A stretch of 60,305 bases of DNA from a virus (taxonomy: Duplodnaviria; Caudoviricetes), in IMG/VR virus record IMGVR_UViG_3300044825_003095, positions 1-60,305 of that record. One strand, written 5' to 3'. Positions 16,985 through 27,251 of the stretch are shown here, piece after piece (positions within the stretch are counted from its first letter, which is position 1; every line of letters starts with the position of its first letter). The notes below the pieces were generated by a model, which saw nothing but the letters and a program-made list of their open reading frames with translations, did no database searches and was not told the origin of the DNA. A program made the position numbers and the translations under genes.

Positions 16985-18651
16985 GCCGGCCACCGCTGCC
17001 CGCCACCGCCACCGGCGGCAGCCGCCGCGGCGTAGCCGTCGGCGTACCCGCTCGCCACGCCCATCATCTGCCGCAGCGCCTTGATGAACTCGTCGACGAT
17101 CAGGCGGGCGCCGTTCGCGTTCGGATGCACGCGCTCGTACTGGCCGTACAGCGGGCACTCGATCCAGTTCTGGTGCACGCCGGGCTCCTGCCCCGCGGCG
17201 CTGGCGACGAGCCCGAGGTGGGCGAAGTTGCGGCCGGCGTAGGTGACGCCGTGCCCGCGCTCGTAGTCTGTCTTGGCGGGGTCGTACGCCAGGTCGAGGG
17301 TGAGCCACTTCGCCGCGTGACTCACCGGGGTCTGTCCAGCGGAGGTTGCCGTCTTGCACCGATACCAGTGGGTGTCGGTGTACCCCATCACGTCGCCGAC
17401 GGCGTATGCGACTCCAGCCCCGTATGCCCCGGTGTAGTTTCCGTCCGGCACCCAGTTCAGCGTCGCCTCGAACCACTGGTGCACGTTGATCGAGGTGTTG
17501 GCGACGACGACGTTGGTCTTGGCGTTGGCGACGACCTTGGCGACGCCCGCGGCCTGCCGCCAGTTGGTCGAGTACGTCGCCTCGGCGCTGCCGAACACGG
17601 GCTCGTGCGCAATCCAGATGATGACGGGAACCTCGGTGCCGACGCCCATCTGTGCGCGGTGATAGTCGACGCCGTCGCCGAGATAGGTCTCCCACTGGGC
17701 CGCGGTGTGCTGGCCCGCCGCGAGGTCGTTGACGTCGAAGGCGAGGACGATCAGATTGCACGGCTTGGCCGCGTGCATGGCCTGGAGCCACGGACTGCAA
17801 TCCGGGTTCACCGTCTGCATCGACTCGATGCGGGCGCTGCCGCGCCCGATGCCGACGAACCCGATGCCCTTCGTCTCGCTGGACTCGATCCAGCAGCCCC
17901 CGACCTCGCATGCGTCGACGTCGCTGCAATTGACCTTGATGATGTAGAACTCGTCCGTGTCCCCGGCCTGGTAATCCGAGACGTAGGACGTGACGAGATA
18001 GGTCGACGTCTCGAGCAGCGCGTTCACGCCGCTGTAGATCTCGGTCTGGCGCACCGTGGTGCCGGTTTCGCTGACGGCCCCGGATGCCTTGCCGAGGACG
18101 TAGACGTACAGGTCCGTCGTCGTGACCGGGTTGCTGCAAACGAACACGCGGCCACGGAAGGTCTTCGTGCGGTCCCACTTGTTGAGTCCGCGGACGCCCG
18201 CCACCGGATCGACGTCGCGCGCCTCCGGGTCGAAGCCGAACCAGCAAGCGCCGGGCGTCGAGAACAGCGGCGCGCGAAGCGTCCCGACGAACGTGCCGGT
18301 GTTGGTCGGATCGTGGAGCGGAAGCTGCCTCGCGTACGTCGTGGCGAGCCCGGTGTTGAGCGCGTTCGAGTAGTTGCCCAGCATGAACGGGCTGCGGACC
18401 GACGTGAACGGGTACGGCGGGCAGAACTCCGTGAACGGAATGTTCCGGTGCGTCGTGAGCGTCGGCAGCAGCAGGCGCAGGCACGCCAGCCGCACGAGCC
18501 CGGCGCCGCCGGGAGCCGTTCCGCGCGAGTCGAAGAACCCGTAGATCGCCACGCCCTCCGTCTCCGCGAGGTTGAGCGCGTCGCCCACCGCGCGGATCGA
18601 TGCGTCGGGTCCGTCGACCAGCGGGACGGCCAGGAAGTCGTCGTATGCCAT
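16981..18651 (-). CDS. SGNH/GDSL-like hydrolase with inserted CBM5/12-like module (probably virion-associated)
   Basis: FFDSRG nucleophile block, IVLAFDVND, VHPNANGARLI; YAVGDVMGY...WYRC...P.....W module. Confidence 0.65.
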   Translation of the reverse strand: MAYDDFLAVPLVDGPDASIRAVGDALNLAETEGVAIYGFFDSRGTAPGGAGLVRLACLRLLLPTLTTHRNIPFTEFCPPYPFTSVRSPFMLGNYSNALNTGLATTYARQLPLHDPTNTGTFVGTLRAPLFSTPGACWFGFDPEARDVDPVAGVRGLNKWDRTKTFRGRVFVCSNPVTTTDLYVYVLGKASGAVSETGTTVRQTEIYSGVNALLETSTYLVTSYVSDYQAGDTDEFYIIKVNCSDVDACEVGGCWIESSETKGIGFVGIGRGSARIESMQTVNPDCSPWLQAMHAAKPCNLIVLAFDVNDLAAGQHTAAQWETYLGDGVDYHRAQMGVGTEVPVIIWIAHEPVFGSAEATYSTNWRQAAGVAKVVANAKTNVVVANTSINVHQWFEATLNWVPDGNYTGAYGAGVAYAVGDVMGYTDTHWYRCKTATSAGQTPVSHAAKWLTLDLAYDPAKTDYERGHGVTYAGRNFAHLGLVASAAGQEPGVHQNWIECPLYGQYERVHPNANGARLIVDEFIKALRQMMGVASGYADGYAAAAAAGGGGGQRWPA

Positions 18652-18729
18652 GGAGCCCGATGATAACCCCGCTTGGCGCGCAGACGCTTCGACGTAGACT
18701 ACGGCCGAGCACGCACACGGAGACAGCGC

Positions 18730-19182
18730 ATGGCACTCAAGCCCTCGGCCCCGACAGCAGCCGCCCCGTACATCTACCTGTGGACGGCGGCGAGCATGGA
18801 CCTGACATCCACCACCGCGAACACGGCGCCAGCGCTGCTCGGGACGCTGCCGGCCGGCGACAACTCGGCGTGGGCGCCGATCATCGCGTGCGACAGCTCC
18901 ACGGCCAACGACGTCGAGATGACGCTGTGCCTCGTGGACAACGCGGCCTACGCGGGCGCGGTGATCTGGGCGCAGCCGATCGTGTTCGCCTCGTCGAAGA
19001 AGCGGCAGGCGGCGGGAAACGGGAGCGGCCTGTACCTCATGTATCCGTCCGGCACGTACTACGCGGCCGACCTGCGGGGGGTCAACGCGAAGGACCGCGC
19101 CTGGTACCTCTGCTGCTCGGCGCTCGGCGCAACCGCCACGCAGGTCGCGCTGGTCCAGCACATCACGCTGAGGGCCGTCTAG
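18730..19182 (+). CDS. Hypothetical (probably structural) protein
   Basis: SD GGAGA then MALKPSAPT... Confidence 0.65.
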   Translation: MALKPSAPTAAAPYIYLWTAASMDLTSTTANTAPALLGTLPAGDNSAWAPIIACDSSTANDVEMTLCLVDNAAYAGAVIWAQPIVFASSKKRQAAGNGSGLYLMYPSGTYYAADLRGVNAKDRAWYLCCSALGATATQVALVQHITLRAV

Positions 19183-21429
19183 TTGCCGAGGAGCCGCAAG
19201 CTGGACTCGTCGGCGGCCGTCGCCGACAAGCACGCCAAGGGCGCCGGCTTCGAGCCGCCGTTTGTCGCGGGGTCGCCGCCGCCTCAGATGCGCGCGCCGT
19301 CGTCGACGCCGATGTCCGGCGACAAGTTCAACGTCGAGTGGTTCGCCGAGTCGCTCGCGCTGCTCAACAGGTTCCAGGTCGACTACTGGAACTGGTGGGG
19401 CCGCGCGTGGCCAGAGTACCGCGAGCAGATCCAGACGCTCATGGCGATGGCCGAGGCGTGCGGCGTCGACCTCCAGCGCTACGCGCCCGAGACGCTGAGC
19501 ATCACGGACCTCTCCCGCATCGACGACGCGCTCTCGCTCTCCGACGAGCAGATCTCGGCGATGATCAGGCAGATCAACGACAGCGCCGCGACCGCGCTCC
19601 GGATGCTGCCGGACGTAAAAAAAAAATCGTGGCTCTCGTCGCTCGCTCGGATCAGGGCGATGCAGGAGATCTGCCGCGACCCGATCCCGCGGGCGGCGAT
19701 CAAGGCGGGGCTTGACGACGCGCTCCTGGAGGCGTGGGAGCTGACGCACCCGCTGCGGTTCATGCTCTACTGCTGGCGCTCCGACCTCAACCAGTCCGGC
19801 GGCCAGAAGGTGCTGCCGGACACGCCGGACCACATCGTCGAGGCGTGCCTCACGGTCGAGCTCGCGCAGCGTGCGCGAGACCAGCGGCACGACGTGAAGG
19901 GCGCGATCGTCACGATCCCGCCGAGGCACGGCAAGACGTCGTTCGTGCAGGCGCGGCGAGCGCTGCGCATCTCCCGCAACCCGTGGTCGCCGTTCGGCAT
20001 CGTGCACGCGAACGACGAGATCGCCGCCGACCGCGTCGCCGGCGTGAAGGAGTGGTTCGACGACGACCACCCGACCGGCAGGCGCCGCGCGGCGCTGTAT
20101 CCCCGCGTGCGGCTGCACCTCCGCAGGTCGAAGGCGAAGGACACCATCGTCGTCACGCTCGACGGCGAGATCGTGTGCTCGGCGAAGGAGGGCAACTACC
20201 GCGGCCACGGCGTGCACGCATCGGTGCAGGGCATCACGCTGCACGAGATCGACTTCGACGACCCGGTCGAGGAGCGCGAGCGCCGGGAGCGCGGTTCCCG
20301 CGAGCGCACGAACGCCGCGTTCCACCAGACCTGGCTGTCGCGCCTCACCGGCAAGACGTCGTTCTTCACGCTCATCTCGACGTGCTGGCACCCCGACGAC
20401 GTGACCGGCGGCTTGACGAAGATGGCCCGCAGCGGCGCGATGAACGTCGCGATGTGCAACCTCCCGTGCGGCGGGGCGCCGGACTTCAAGCCGCTGTGGC
20501 CCGGCGCCGGATACGACTCGGCGTTCCTGCGCGGCAAGTTCCGCACGCTCACGCCGCCGGTGTATGCGTGCATCTACCAGAACAACCCCGACGACATCTC
20601 GGGCCGCAAGATCAGCCGGCTGCACTACTACCCGTCCCGCATGTGGACGCACCCGGACGAGCGCGACGAGGCGTGGTCGCAGTTCTTCTCCGACCCGGCG
20701 ACGCTGTTCTACCTGTCGCTCGACCCCTCGGGCAGCTCGAACGTGAACAGCAACCGCGCCGGCATGCTCTACAGCGCGTTCGGCCGCCTGCTGCGGTACA
20801 GGCCCGACGGCATCGGCGTGCGCGTCCCGACGCTCGTGTTCCTGCGCTGCTGGTCGCTCACGCTCAGCCAGCACGGCCTGGCCGACGAGGTGCTCGCGTT
20901 CGTGGGCACCGGCGCCAAGGTCGACCGCGTGCTCGTCGAGACGACCAGCGGCTTCCACGCGACCGCCGAGGAGCTCGTCCGCCGCGGCATCCCCGCGAAC
21001 AAGGTGCTGTCGCTGGTCCCCGGCACGGGAACGAAGGTGTCGCGCCTGCTGCGGTACGCGCTCTACATCGAGGCCGGCGACGCGATGTTCCCCGGCGAGC
21101 CGACCGCCGACGAGGGCGGCAACGCGGTGCTGTCGTACGGGACCGACTGGGAGCGCACGGTCGACCAGCTCCTCCTGGCCGGCATGTCCGACGACGACGA
21201 GATGATCGACGTGATCCGGCAGCAGCTCGGCGAGGTGGCGCACGAGCTCGTGGCCGCGCACGGGTGGGACAAGCTGGACAAGGCGCTGCCCGCGAAGGCC
21301 GATGCGCAGGTGCGCGCGCTCGACAAGTTCTATCGTTCGCTGACGAAGGCGAGGCAGGAGCGCCCCCGTCGCACGCCGGGCTCCGCGTTCGGTTCGTTCT
21401 CAACAAGCAGGGTTCTCAATGCCAACTGA
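19183..21429 (+). CDS. terL: Terminase large subunit with long N-terminal extension
   Basis: Walker A IPPRHGKT, Walker B IDFDDP, nuclease LSLDPSG...VLVET...DDEMID. Confidence 0.9.
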   Translation: MPRSRKLDSSAAVADKHAKGAGFEPPFVAGSPPPQMRAPSSTPMSGDKFNVEWFAESLALLNRFQVDYWNWWGRAWPEYREQIQTLMAMAEACGVDLQRYAPETLSITDLSRIDDALSLSDEQISAMIRQINDSAATALRMLPDVKKKSWLSSLARIRAMQEICRDPIPRAAIKAGLDDALLEAWELTHPLRFMLYCWRSDLNQSGGQKVLPDTPDHIVEACLTVELAQRARDQRHDVKGAIVTIPPRHGKTSFVQARRALRISRNPWSPFGIVHANDEIAADRVAGVKEWFDDDHPTGRRRAALYPRVRLHLRRSKAKDTIVVTLDGEIVCSAKEGNYRGHGVHASVQGITLHEIDFDDPVEERERRERGSRERTNAAFHQTWLSRLTGKTSFFTLISTCWHPDDVTGGLTKMARSGAMNVAMCNLPCGGAPDFKPLWPGAGYDSAFLRGKFRTLTPPVYACIYQNNPDDISGRKISRLHYYPSRMWTHPDERDEAWSQFFSDPATLFYLSLDPSGSSNVNSNRAGMLYSAFGRLLRYRPDGIGVRVPTLVFLRCWSLTLSQHGLADEVLAFVGTGAKVDRVLVETTSGFHATAEELVRRGIPANKVLSLVPGTGTKVSRLLRYALYIEAGDAMFPGEPTADEGGNAVLSYGTDWERTVDQLLLAGMSDDDEMIDVIRQQLGEVAHELVAAHGWDKLDKALPAKADAQVRALDKFYRSLTKARQERPRRTPGSAFGSFSTSRVLNAN

Positions 21430-21781
21430 CCTGTCGACCGCGGCCGTCGTCGCCGCAATCCTCGTGTTCTCGTCCGGCATCGTCGTCGCGCTCGCCGCCA
21501 TGCGGTCGGCGGCGCTCGCGCAGCGCGACCTCCGCTCGATCGCCCGCGAGCAGCACGAGTCGCTCATGCACTTCCACCGCGCGGGCCAGTCGCTCGCGTC
21601 GCACAACCTCGAGATGCAGCGCGTCGACCTGGCGATGAGGATCGAGGAGAACCGCAAGAAGGGGCTGGAAATTCGCGCGATGGAGATGGCCCGCGAGCCG
21701 GAGGCCGGCGCGGCGCAGGAGGCGCGGACGAGGTTCGGGCCGAACGGCAAGGTTGTCGGGATCGACGACGATCGACTCTGA
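21419..21781 (+). CDS. Small membrane-anchored protein
   Basis: N-terminal hydrophobic helix, between terL and portal. Confidence 0.7.
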   Translation: MPTDLSTAAVVAAILVFSSGIVVALAAMRSAALAQRDLRSIAREQHESLMHFHRAGQSLASHNLEMQRVDLAMRIEENRKKGLEIRAMEMAREPEAGAAQEARTRFGPNGKVVGIDDDRL

Positions 21782-21793
21782 GGAGTGTGACGG

Positions 21794-23908
21794 ATGTCCC
21801 GCTACGCAACACCACGCGAGCTGCTCGAGCACGTCGCCACCGTCCGCCGCGAGGCGAACGTGCTGCGCGCGAGCTGCGCGCTGCGGCAGTGCATGTCGAT
21901 GGCGTACTGCAACGGCCGCCACTGGCAGGACGCCCGCGTCGAGCGCGGGTCGAACGCCACGTCGGTCGTGTCGTGGGACGACGACTGGAACCTCCGCTCG
22001 AACGAGATGCGCGTCACGGACAACCGCATCGGCCCGCTGTTCCGGCAGATCCGCGCATCGACCAACGCGGCCGGCGTCGTGGCCAGCGTGCAGCGGCAGG
22101 AGTGGGACCGCGGGTTCGAGAAGGACGAGATCGCCCGGAGCGCGAAGCTGCTGCTCGACGGGCTCTCGCAGTCCGCGGCCATGACCATCGCGTACCGCGG
22201 CGCCTCGTCGCTGCGGTGGACCGCCGGGTCGTCGCTCATCGTCATGCGCACGGTGCGCCGCACGTCGCGCGTTCCCGCCGACGTGGCGACGCACCCCGAC
22301 GGCTCGCCGGTCGTCGTGGACGACTCGTGGGTGCGGTGGCGCAGGGCGCCGACGACGGACCTCCTGTGGGATCCGGCCAACATCAGCGCCGACCTGGACG
22401 AGCACGAGATCCTGATCCTCGAGCAGGCGATGACGGCGCGGGCGTTCGAGCGCGAGTTCGGGCCGCTGTCGCAGTGGGGCCTGGACGCCAAGATGCTCCC
22501 GAGGATGAGCGCGATCGCGCCGCACTACGTGACGGCCGCGAACGTCGCCGGCAGCTCGATGTACGGCGCGTACGCGGCGCAGTCGAGCACGCCGGCGCTG
22601 CGGGTGCTCACGGTGTGCGAGCAGTCCGTCGACGGCGCGCCCGGCCGCTTCCCGTGCTGCTGGCACATCATCGACACCTCGCCGTCGAGCTCCGCCAACG
22701 TGGAGTCGACCGGGATCGTCGTCAACTGGGACAACCCGTACGGGCAGTGGGGCGGCTGCGGCCGTCCGTTCGCGAAGCTGGACGCCTTCCGCCGCGACGA
22801 CCGCGTGGACGGCGACGGCATCCCGTCGATCCTCGCGCCGGCGAACGACATGCTCAACATCGCGAGGAGCATCCAGTTCCAGCAGATGGTCGCGGTCGTG
22901 CACGGGCACTGGATCGTCGACGGCCGATCGGTCGGGTCGAAGGAGGATTTCCTGGCGCAGCTCTCCGACGGCGTCGGCGGGGTGCTCACGTACAACTCGC
23001 GCGACGGGCAGGCGCCTGCGCCGCAGTTCGTGCACCCTCAGCCGCCCGACCAGACGTGGCCGATCATCGCGTCGGACATCGTGCAGGGCATGATGGCGTC
23101 GGTGCACCAGACGCAGCAGTCGCTCGGCATCGCCAAGACGCACGTGCCCGGCGACGTGCAGATGCAGCTCCTCGAGAACAGCGGCGCGGTCGTGGACCAG
23201 GTGGTCGGCGACGACGTTGAGGAGCTGTCGTCGCTGCTGGCCGTGACGCTCGGGACGATGCGCAGGAAGTTCGAGCAGCCGAACATGGCGCTCGCGCACC
23301 TCCGCGACCAGCACGGCTTCGACAAGGACGACCTGCTGAACGTGCTCGAGATCGACCCCGACTCGCTGGGGCTGGTCGTTCGCGCGGAGATGTCGTCGAT
23401 CGCCGGACGGTCCGTGGCCGAGCGGAGGAACGAGATCATCGGCGCGATGCAGGTCGGGCAGATCACGCCGATGCAGGCGTCGCTCGCGCTGGCCGACGAG
23501 CTCGGTCGCCCGATCATCCGAGAGCACAAGGAGGCGGCGGAGTTCGCGCGGGCCGGCGTCCGGTTCGTCGTGGACGGACACGACTGGCCCGGCGTCCCGT
23601 CGCTGGACGCGAAGGTGTTCGAGTCGATGGCCAAGAGCGCCACGTACCGCCTTCGCCTGAACGATCCCGACGACGTCGCGGTCATCCAGCGGCTCGAGAC
23701 GGCGGTCCAGGTCCAGAACCGCGTCGCGGCGGAGAACGCCGGAATGCAGGCGCCGCTGCTGGCGACCGCAGGCGGCGCGCCTAACAATCGTCAGACGGCT
23801 CAGGGTGCGGGCGGGGCGCAGGGCGCGCCCGGCTCGATCGACCCGACAAGCAGTCCGGTAGGCGCGGCGGGCGGTCTGCCGCTCGGTCTGCCGCCGTCGA
23901 TGGCCTAG
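21794..23908 (+). CDS. Portal protein
   Basis: 704 aa after terL; VTDNRIGP...GIPSILAPANDMLN pattern and low-complexity tail. Confidence 0.8.
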   Translation: MSRYATPRELLEHVATVRREANVLRASCALRQCMSMAYCNGRHWQDARVERGSNATSVVSWDDDWNLRSNEMRVTDNRIGPLFRQIRASTNAAGVVASVQRQEWDRGFEKDEIARSAKLLLDGLSQSAAMTIAYRGASSLRWTAGSSLIVMRTVRRTSRVPADVATHPDGSPVVVDDSWVRWRRAPTTDLLWDPANISADLDEHEILILEQAMTARAFEREFGPLSQWGLDAKMLPRMSAIAPHYVTAANVAGSSMYGAYAAQSSTPALRVLTVCEQSVDGAPGRFPCCWHIIDTSPSSSANVESTGIVVNWDNPYGQWGGCGRPFAKLDAFRRDDRVDGDGIPSILAPANDMLNIARSIQFQQMVAVVHGHWIVDGRSVGSKEDFLAQLSDGVGGVLTYNSRDGQAPAPQFVHPQPPDQTWPIIASDIVQGMMASVHQTQQSLGIAKTHVPGDVQMQLLENSGAVVDQVVGDDVEELSSLLAVTLGTMRRKFEQPNMALAHLRDQHGFDKDDLLNVLEIDPDSLGLVVRAEMSSIAGRSVAERRNEIIGAMQVGQITPMQASLALADELGRPIIREHKEAAEFARAGVRFVVDGHDWPGVPSLDAKVFESMAKSATYRLRLNDPDDVAVIQRLETAVQVQNRVAAENAGMQAPLLATAGGAPNNRQTAQGAGGAQGAPGSIDPTSSPVGAAGGLPLGLPPSMA

Positions 23909-23918
23909 GAGAAGAAGC

Positions 23919-24845
23919 GTGTGGATCAACACCAACAAGATGCGCTCCCCCGAGGGCGCGGACGGAGGCGGCGCGTCGGCTTCGGCCGGCGCTGCGTCTC
24001 CCACTCCGTCGTCGAGCGGGGCCGCGTCGAGCGGTCAGCAGCCGGGCACGCCGAGCGCGTCACCCCAGCAGCATGCCGCGGGAGGCGATCGACAGGCGGA
24101 TGAACGGGCAAGGCAGCAGCAGGCGCAGCACACCCAGCTCTGGCAGAAGCTCAACAGCCAAGGCGTCAAGTCGGAATCCGACTTGCTACAGCGGCTCGAG
24201 ATCGCCAGCAGGTTCGCTCCGCTCGCAACCGACCCGCGCGCGAGCAAGGTGCTCGAGGCGCTGGCGGCGCCGCCGGCCCCCGATCCGGCCACCCTGCCGC
24301 TCACGCCGGCGACCATCGCACAGGTGGTCGACCAGCGGTTCGCGGCGCACGACCGACAGGTGCAGGAACGGGATGCGCGGGCGCAGCTCGAGCGCGCGAT
24401 CGCCGACGAGCAGCGGCTCGTCGACCAGGCGTTCGGCGACCAGCGGTTCGCGAAGCTGACCGGAGGCAAGACGTTCGAGCAGTGCCGCAACGGAGAGGCC
24501 GGAGTCCCGGCGCTCATGGCGGCGCTGCTCGTCGACGAGATGGTGTTCAAGGCGACCACCCGCGCCGACGGCGGCAGGGTTCCGCTGACCGACGCCAACG
24601 CCATGAAGTCGGTGGCGGACTCCGTGTTCAAGGAGCTCTCGTCGTTCCGGGCCGAACTGCTGCTCGCCGCATCCGGCGGACAGCAGGCGAACGGGACTCC
24701 TGCGGGCATTCCCGCGGGAGCCGCGGTCGTCGGCCAGCCGAGCGGGCAGTCCCCGCAGTCCGAGCGAGAGGCGCGGCAGCGCGCGGCGCAGGACACGTTC
24801 CGCAAGGAGTTCGAGCGCATGAGCGGGCAAGGGGTAGTCGCCTAG
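23919..24845 (+). CDS. Capsid scaffolding protein
   Basis: Between portal and capsid; MRSPEGADGGG start, low-complexity and coiled-coil. Confidence 0.7.
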   Translation: MWINTNKMRSPEGADGGGASASAGAASPTPSSSGAASSGQQPGTPSASPQQHAAGGDRQADERARQQQAQHTQLWQKLNSQGVKSESDLLQRLEIASRFAPLATDPRASKVLEALAAPPAPDPATLPLTPATIAQVVDQRFAAHDRQVQERDARAQLERAIADEQRLVDQAFGDQRFAKLTGGKTFEQCRNGEAGVPALMAALLVDEMVFKATTRADGGRVPLTDANAMKSVADSVFKELSSFRAELLLAASGGQQANGTPAGIPAGAAVVGQPSGQSPQSEREARQRAAQDTFRKEFERMSGQGVVA

Positions 24846-24861
24846 CAACGAAGGAGACAGC

Positions 24862-26310
24862 ATGCCCATCAATCCAATCGACGAGGTCACGTCGCTCATG
24901 GCGGCGTGGTACTCGACGTTCAAGATCCACTACGCCCCGCAGGTCATCGACCGGGCCAAGCGCCACGGCCAGACGACCCGGATGTGGCAGTCGAAGTCCA
25001 TGCAGCTCGACGGCACGCGCATGGAGATCGAGATGAAGCGGTACCACAACCGCGGCGCGCAGGTGAGCAACAACCTCATGGCTCCGCAGCCTGCGCACAA
25101 GCCGGGCAAGTTCGACCGGCTGCGCATCCACTTCGACCACACCGACCCGACGAACAACGACTTCCTGCTCGTGCAGGGAGGGCTCACCACGACCTTCTAC
25201 GACATGCTCAAGCTCAAGGACAGCATGTTCAAGCCCGGCTCGAACGGGATCACGAAGGACATGGACGAGCTGGTCGACGACGTCGGCGAGACGATCAAGA
25301 AGCTGCCGCACCTCCCGAGCGACGGCCGCTTCGGCGTCATCGCCACGGGCGGCAAGGTCAACGACGACCACAACGTGTTCGCGTCGATGACCGCGTACAC
25401 GAGCGGATCCACGCACTGCGCCCTCAAGCTCACGGCGGGCTCGATCGCGCTGATCGGCGAGGGCGAGAACCTCGAGATCCGCAACTCGAGCGGCGTGCTG
25501 CTCGCGAACAACGTGAAGGTGGAGCGCGTGTTCCCGTACGAGAAGGTGCTCAACATCAGCCTGACGAGCGACTCGGCGAACCAGGCCGGCGCGCTGGTCA
25601 CCACGCTCGACGCGCTCGCGGCGACGGACGTGCTCTACAAGAACGGCTGCTACAACCAGTCGGTCAAGGGCTCGCTGTCGCACCTGTTCACGATCTCGGA
25701 GACGTGGTTCCGCGACGAGAACGGCAACGCGATCGACCGCCTGAGCACGCTGCACAAGCAGCTCCTCCCGCACACGATCCAGGCGGACACGTCGGAGACG
25801 GACCTCAACGAGAACCACCTGCGCGCGGTCGGGGAGACGGTGGCCCACACCGTCGCCGACGGCAACGCGGAGGTGTCGCGCATGGTCGTGATGGCGCGCG
25901 ACGGCTACAACGGGCTGACGCGGCTCCAGCGCGACGAGCGCATCCGCCTCATCCCGGCCCTCGAGTCCGAGGTCGGCCGCAAGCTGAACCTCGCGTACGG
26001 CTTCAACGGCTACGTGTTCCACGACCCGAACCTCGGGACGCTGGCCGCGGTCGTCGACGACTTCGCGCAGTACGGCCGCATGCGGTTCCTCGACCGCAAC
26101 GACTGGGCGCTCGTGTCGCCCACCGGCGTCGGCGACTTCCAGTTCCTCCCCGGCGGAACCGTCGGCAACATCTGGTTCGTCCTGCCCGAGTCCGACGGGA
26201 CGCAGACCCCGTCGTTCCGGTACGCGGCCCGCGGCTTCGCGGTCGTGTGCCAGATCTGCGACTTCCCCGCGAACCAGGTCGAGCTGACCAACCTGAACAC
26301 CGCCGCGTAG
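24862..26310 (+). CDS. Major capsid protein
   Basis: Position, 482 aa size, strong SD AAGGAGA, biased codons, C-terminal P.NQV.LTNL. Confidence 0.75.
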   Translation: MPINPIDEVTSLMAAWYSTFKIHYAPQVIDRAKRHGQTTRMWQSKSMQLDGTRMEIEMKRYHNRGAQVSNNLMAPQPAHKPGKFDRLRIHFDHTDPTNNDFLLVQGGLTTTFYDMLKLKDSMFKPGSNGITKDMDELVDDVGETIKKLPHLPSDGRFGVIATGGKVNDDHNVFASMTAYTSGSTHCALKLTAGSIALIGEGENLEIRNSSGVLLANNVKVERVFPYEKVLNISLTSDSANQAGALVTTLDALAATDVLYKNGCYNQSVKGSLSHLFTISETWFRDENGNAIDRLSTLHKQLLPHTIQADTSETDLNENHLRAVGETVAHTVADGNAEVSRMVVMARDGYNGLTRLQRDERIRLIPALESEVGRKLNLAYGFNGYVFHDPNLGTLAAVVDDFAQYGRMRFLDRNDWALVSPTGVGDFQFLPGGTVGNIWFVLPESDGTQTPSFRYAARGFAVVCQICDFPANQVELTNLNTAA

Positions 26311-26340
26311 TCCGCGGCGCAACATCCTCTTTTCTCTCAA

Positions 26341-26374
26341 GCGACAGGCCGGGTATGTTTCCCCGGCCTGTCGC
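26341..26374. terminator. 13-bp GC hairpin after the capsid gene
   Basis: GCGACAGGCCGGG-8 nt-CCCGGCCTGTCGC. No U-tract, so it may be a stabiliser or processing site instead. Confidence 0.45.
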
Positions 26375-26396
26375 GCATTCACAAGGAGAACATGGC

Positions 26397-26780
26397 ATGG
26401 CACAGAAGGCACGATTGGTCCTCGAGACTTCGGAGATCGGCGACCAGGACGCGATCTTCCGCTTCGAGTGCAAGCGTCGCGGGAGGATCCAGCTCCACAT
26501 GGACCTCCGCAGCCAGTGCATCGAGGTCGTCGACGACGAGGTCGCCGCCCCGGTCGTCGATCCGGTTCCTGCGGGCGCGACGAAGGTCGCCGAGGCGATG
26601 GAGTCGGCGAAGCTCCCCGACAGCACGTGGTCGTACGACGACGTGCTCCAGTTCATCGTGGCGAACGACGTCCCGACTCCGGATTCGCCGAACCGCCGCC
26701 AGCTCTCGAAGGCGCGGCTGCTGCTCGCGATCCAGACGTGGGACGAGGGACGCAAGGCCCCGGCGGGTCCGTCCGCGTGA
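26397..26780 (+). CDS. Hypothetical protein with Rho-N/HeH-like C-terminus
   Basis: SD AAGGAG; WSYDDVLQFIVANDV...SKARLLLAI. Confidence 0.65.
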   Translation: MAQKARLVLETSEIGDQDAIFRFECKRRGRIQLHMDLRSQCIEVVDDEVAAPVVDPVPAGATKVAEAMESAKLPDSTWSYDDVLQFIVANDVPTPDSPNRRQLSKARLLLAIQTWDEGRKAPAGPSA

Positions 26781-27241
26781 ACCGCCTCGCTCCCTGGAAC
26801 CTCGACGAGCGCATCGTCGGCCGCGGCATCCCGTCCGTCGGGCAGGAGCGCCTCGCGGCGCGGCTGCGTCCGCACGGGATCCGTCTCGCGTGGCATCCGA
26901 GGCGGGAGGTGTTCGTCACGTGGCGCGACCGCGGACCGACGACGTCCCCGCTGTGGTATCCGCTCGAGATGGGTCGGTCGTTCTGGCCGTTCACGCACGG
27001 CGTCTCGGGCCTGATCCTCGATGGCGTGCGCCTCGCCGACGCGCACGCGAAGGACGACCGCGCCGCCGCGCTCGACGTGTGGGAGCGCCGGGCGCGGGAC
27101 GTAATCAAGCGCGAGCAGCGCGACTGGATCGAGGAGCGCATGCCCGACTTCATGGCCGACATGCACAGGGCGTACGATCTGCTCAAGGACGGGCCGCGAG
27201 CGTCGCGCCCCGTGTTCGCCGACCTCGGTTCCCCTCGATAG
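26777..27241 (+). CDS. Hypothetical protein
   Basis: GTGA-coupled start, MNRLAPWNLD... Confidence 0.65.
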   Translation: MNRLAPWNLDERIVGRGIPSVGQERLAARLRPHGIRLAWHPRREVFVTWRDRGPTTSPLWYPLEMGRSFWPFTHGVSGLILDGVRLADAHAKDDRAAALDVWERRARDVIKREQRDWIEERMPDFMADMHRAYDLLKDGPRASRPVFADLGSPR

Positions 27242-27251
27242 GAGCCCTCAG

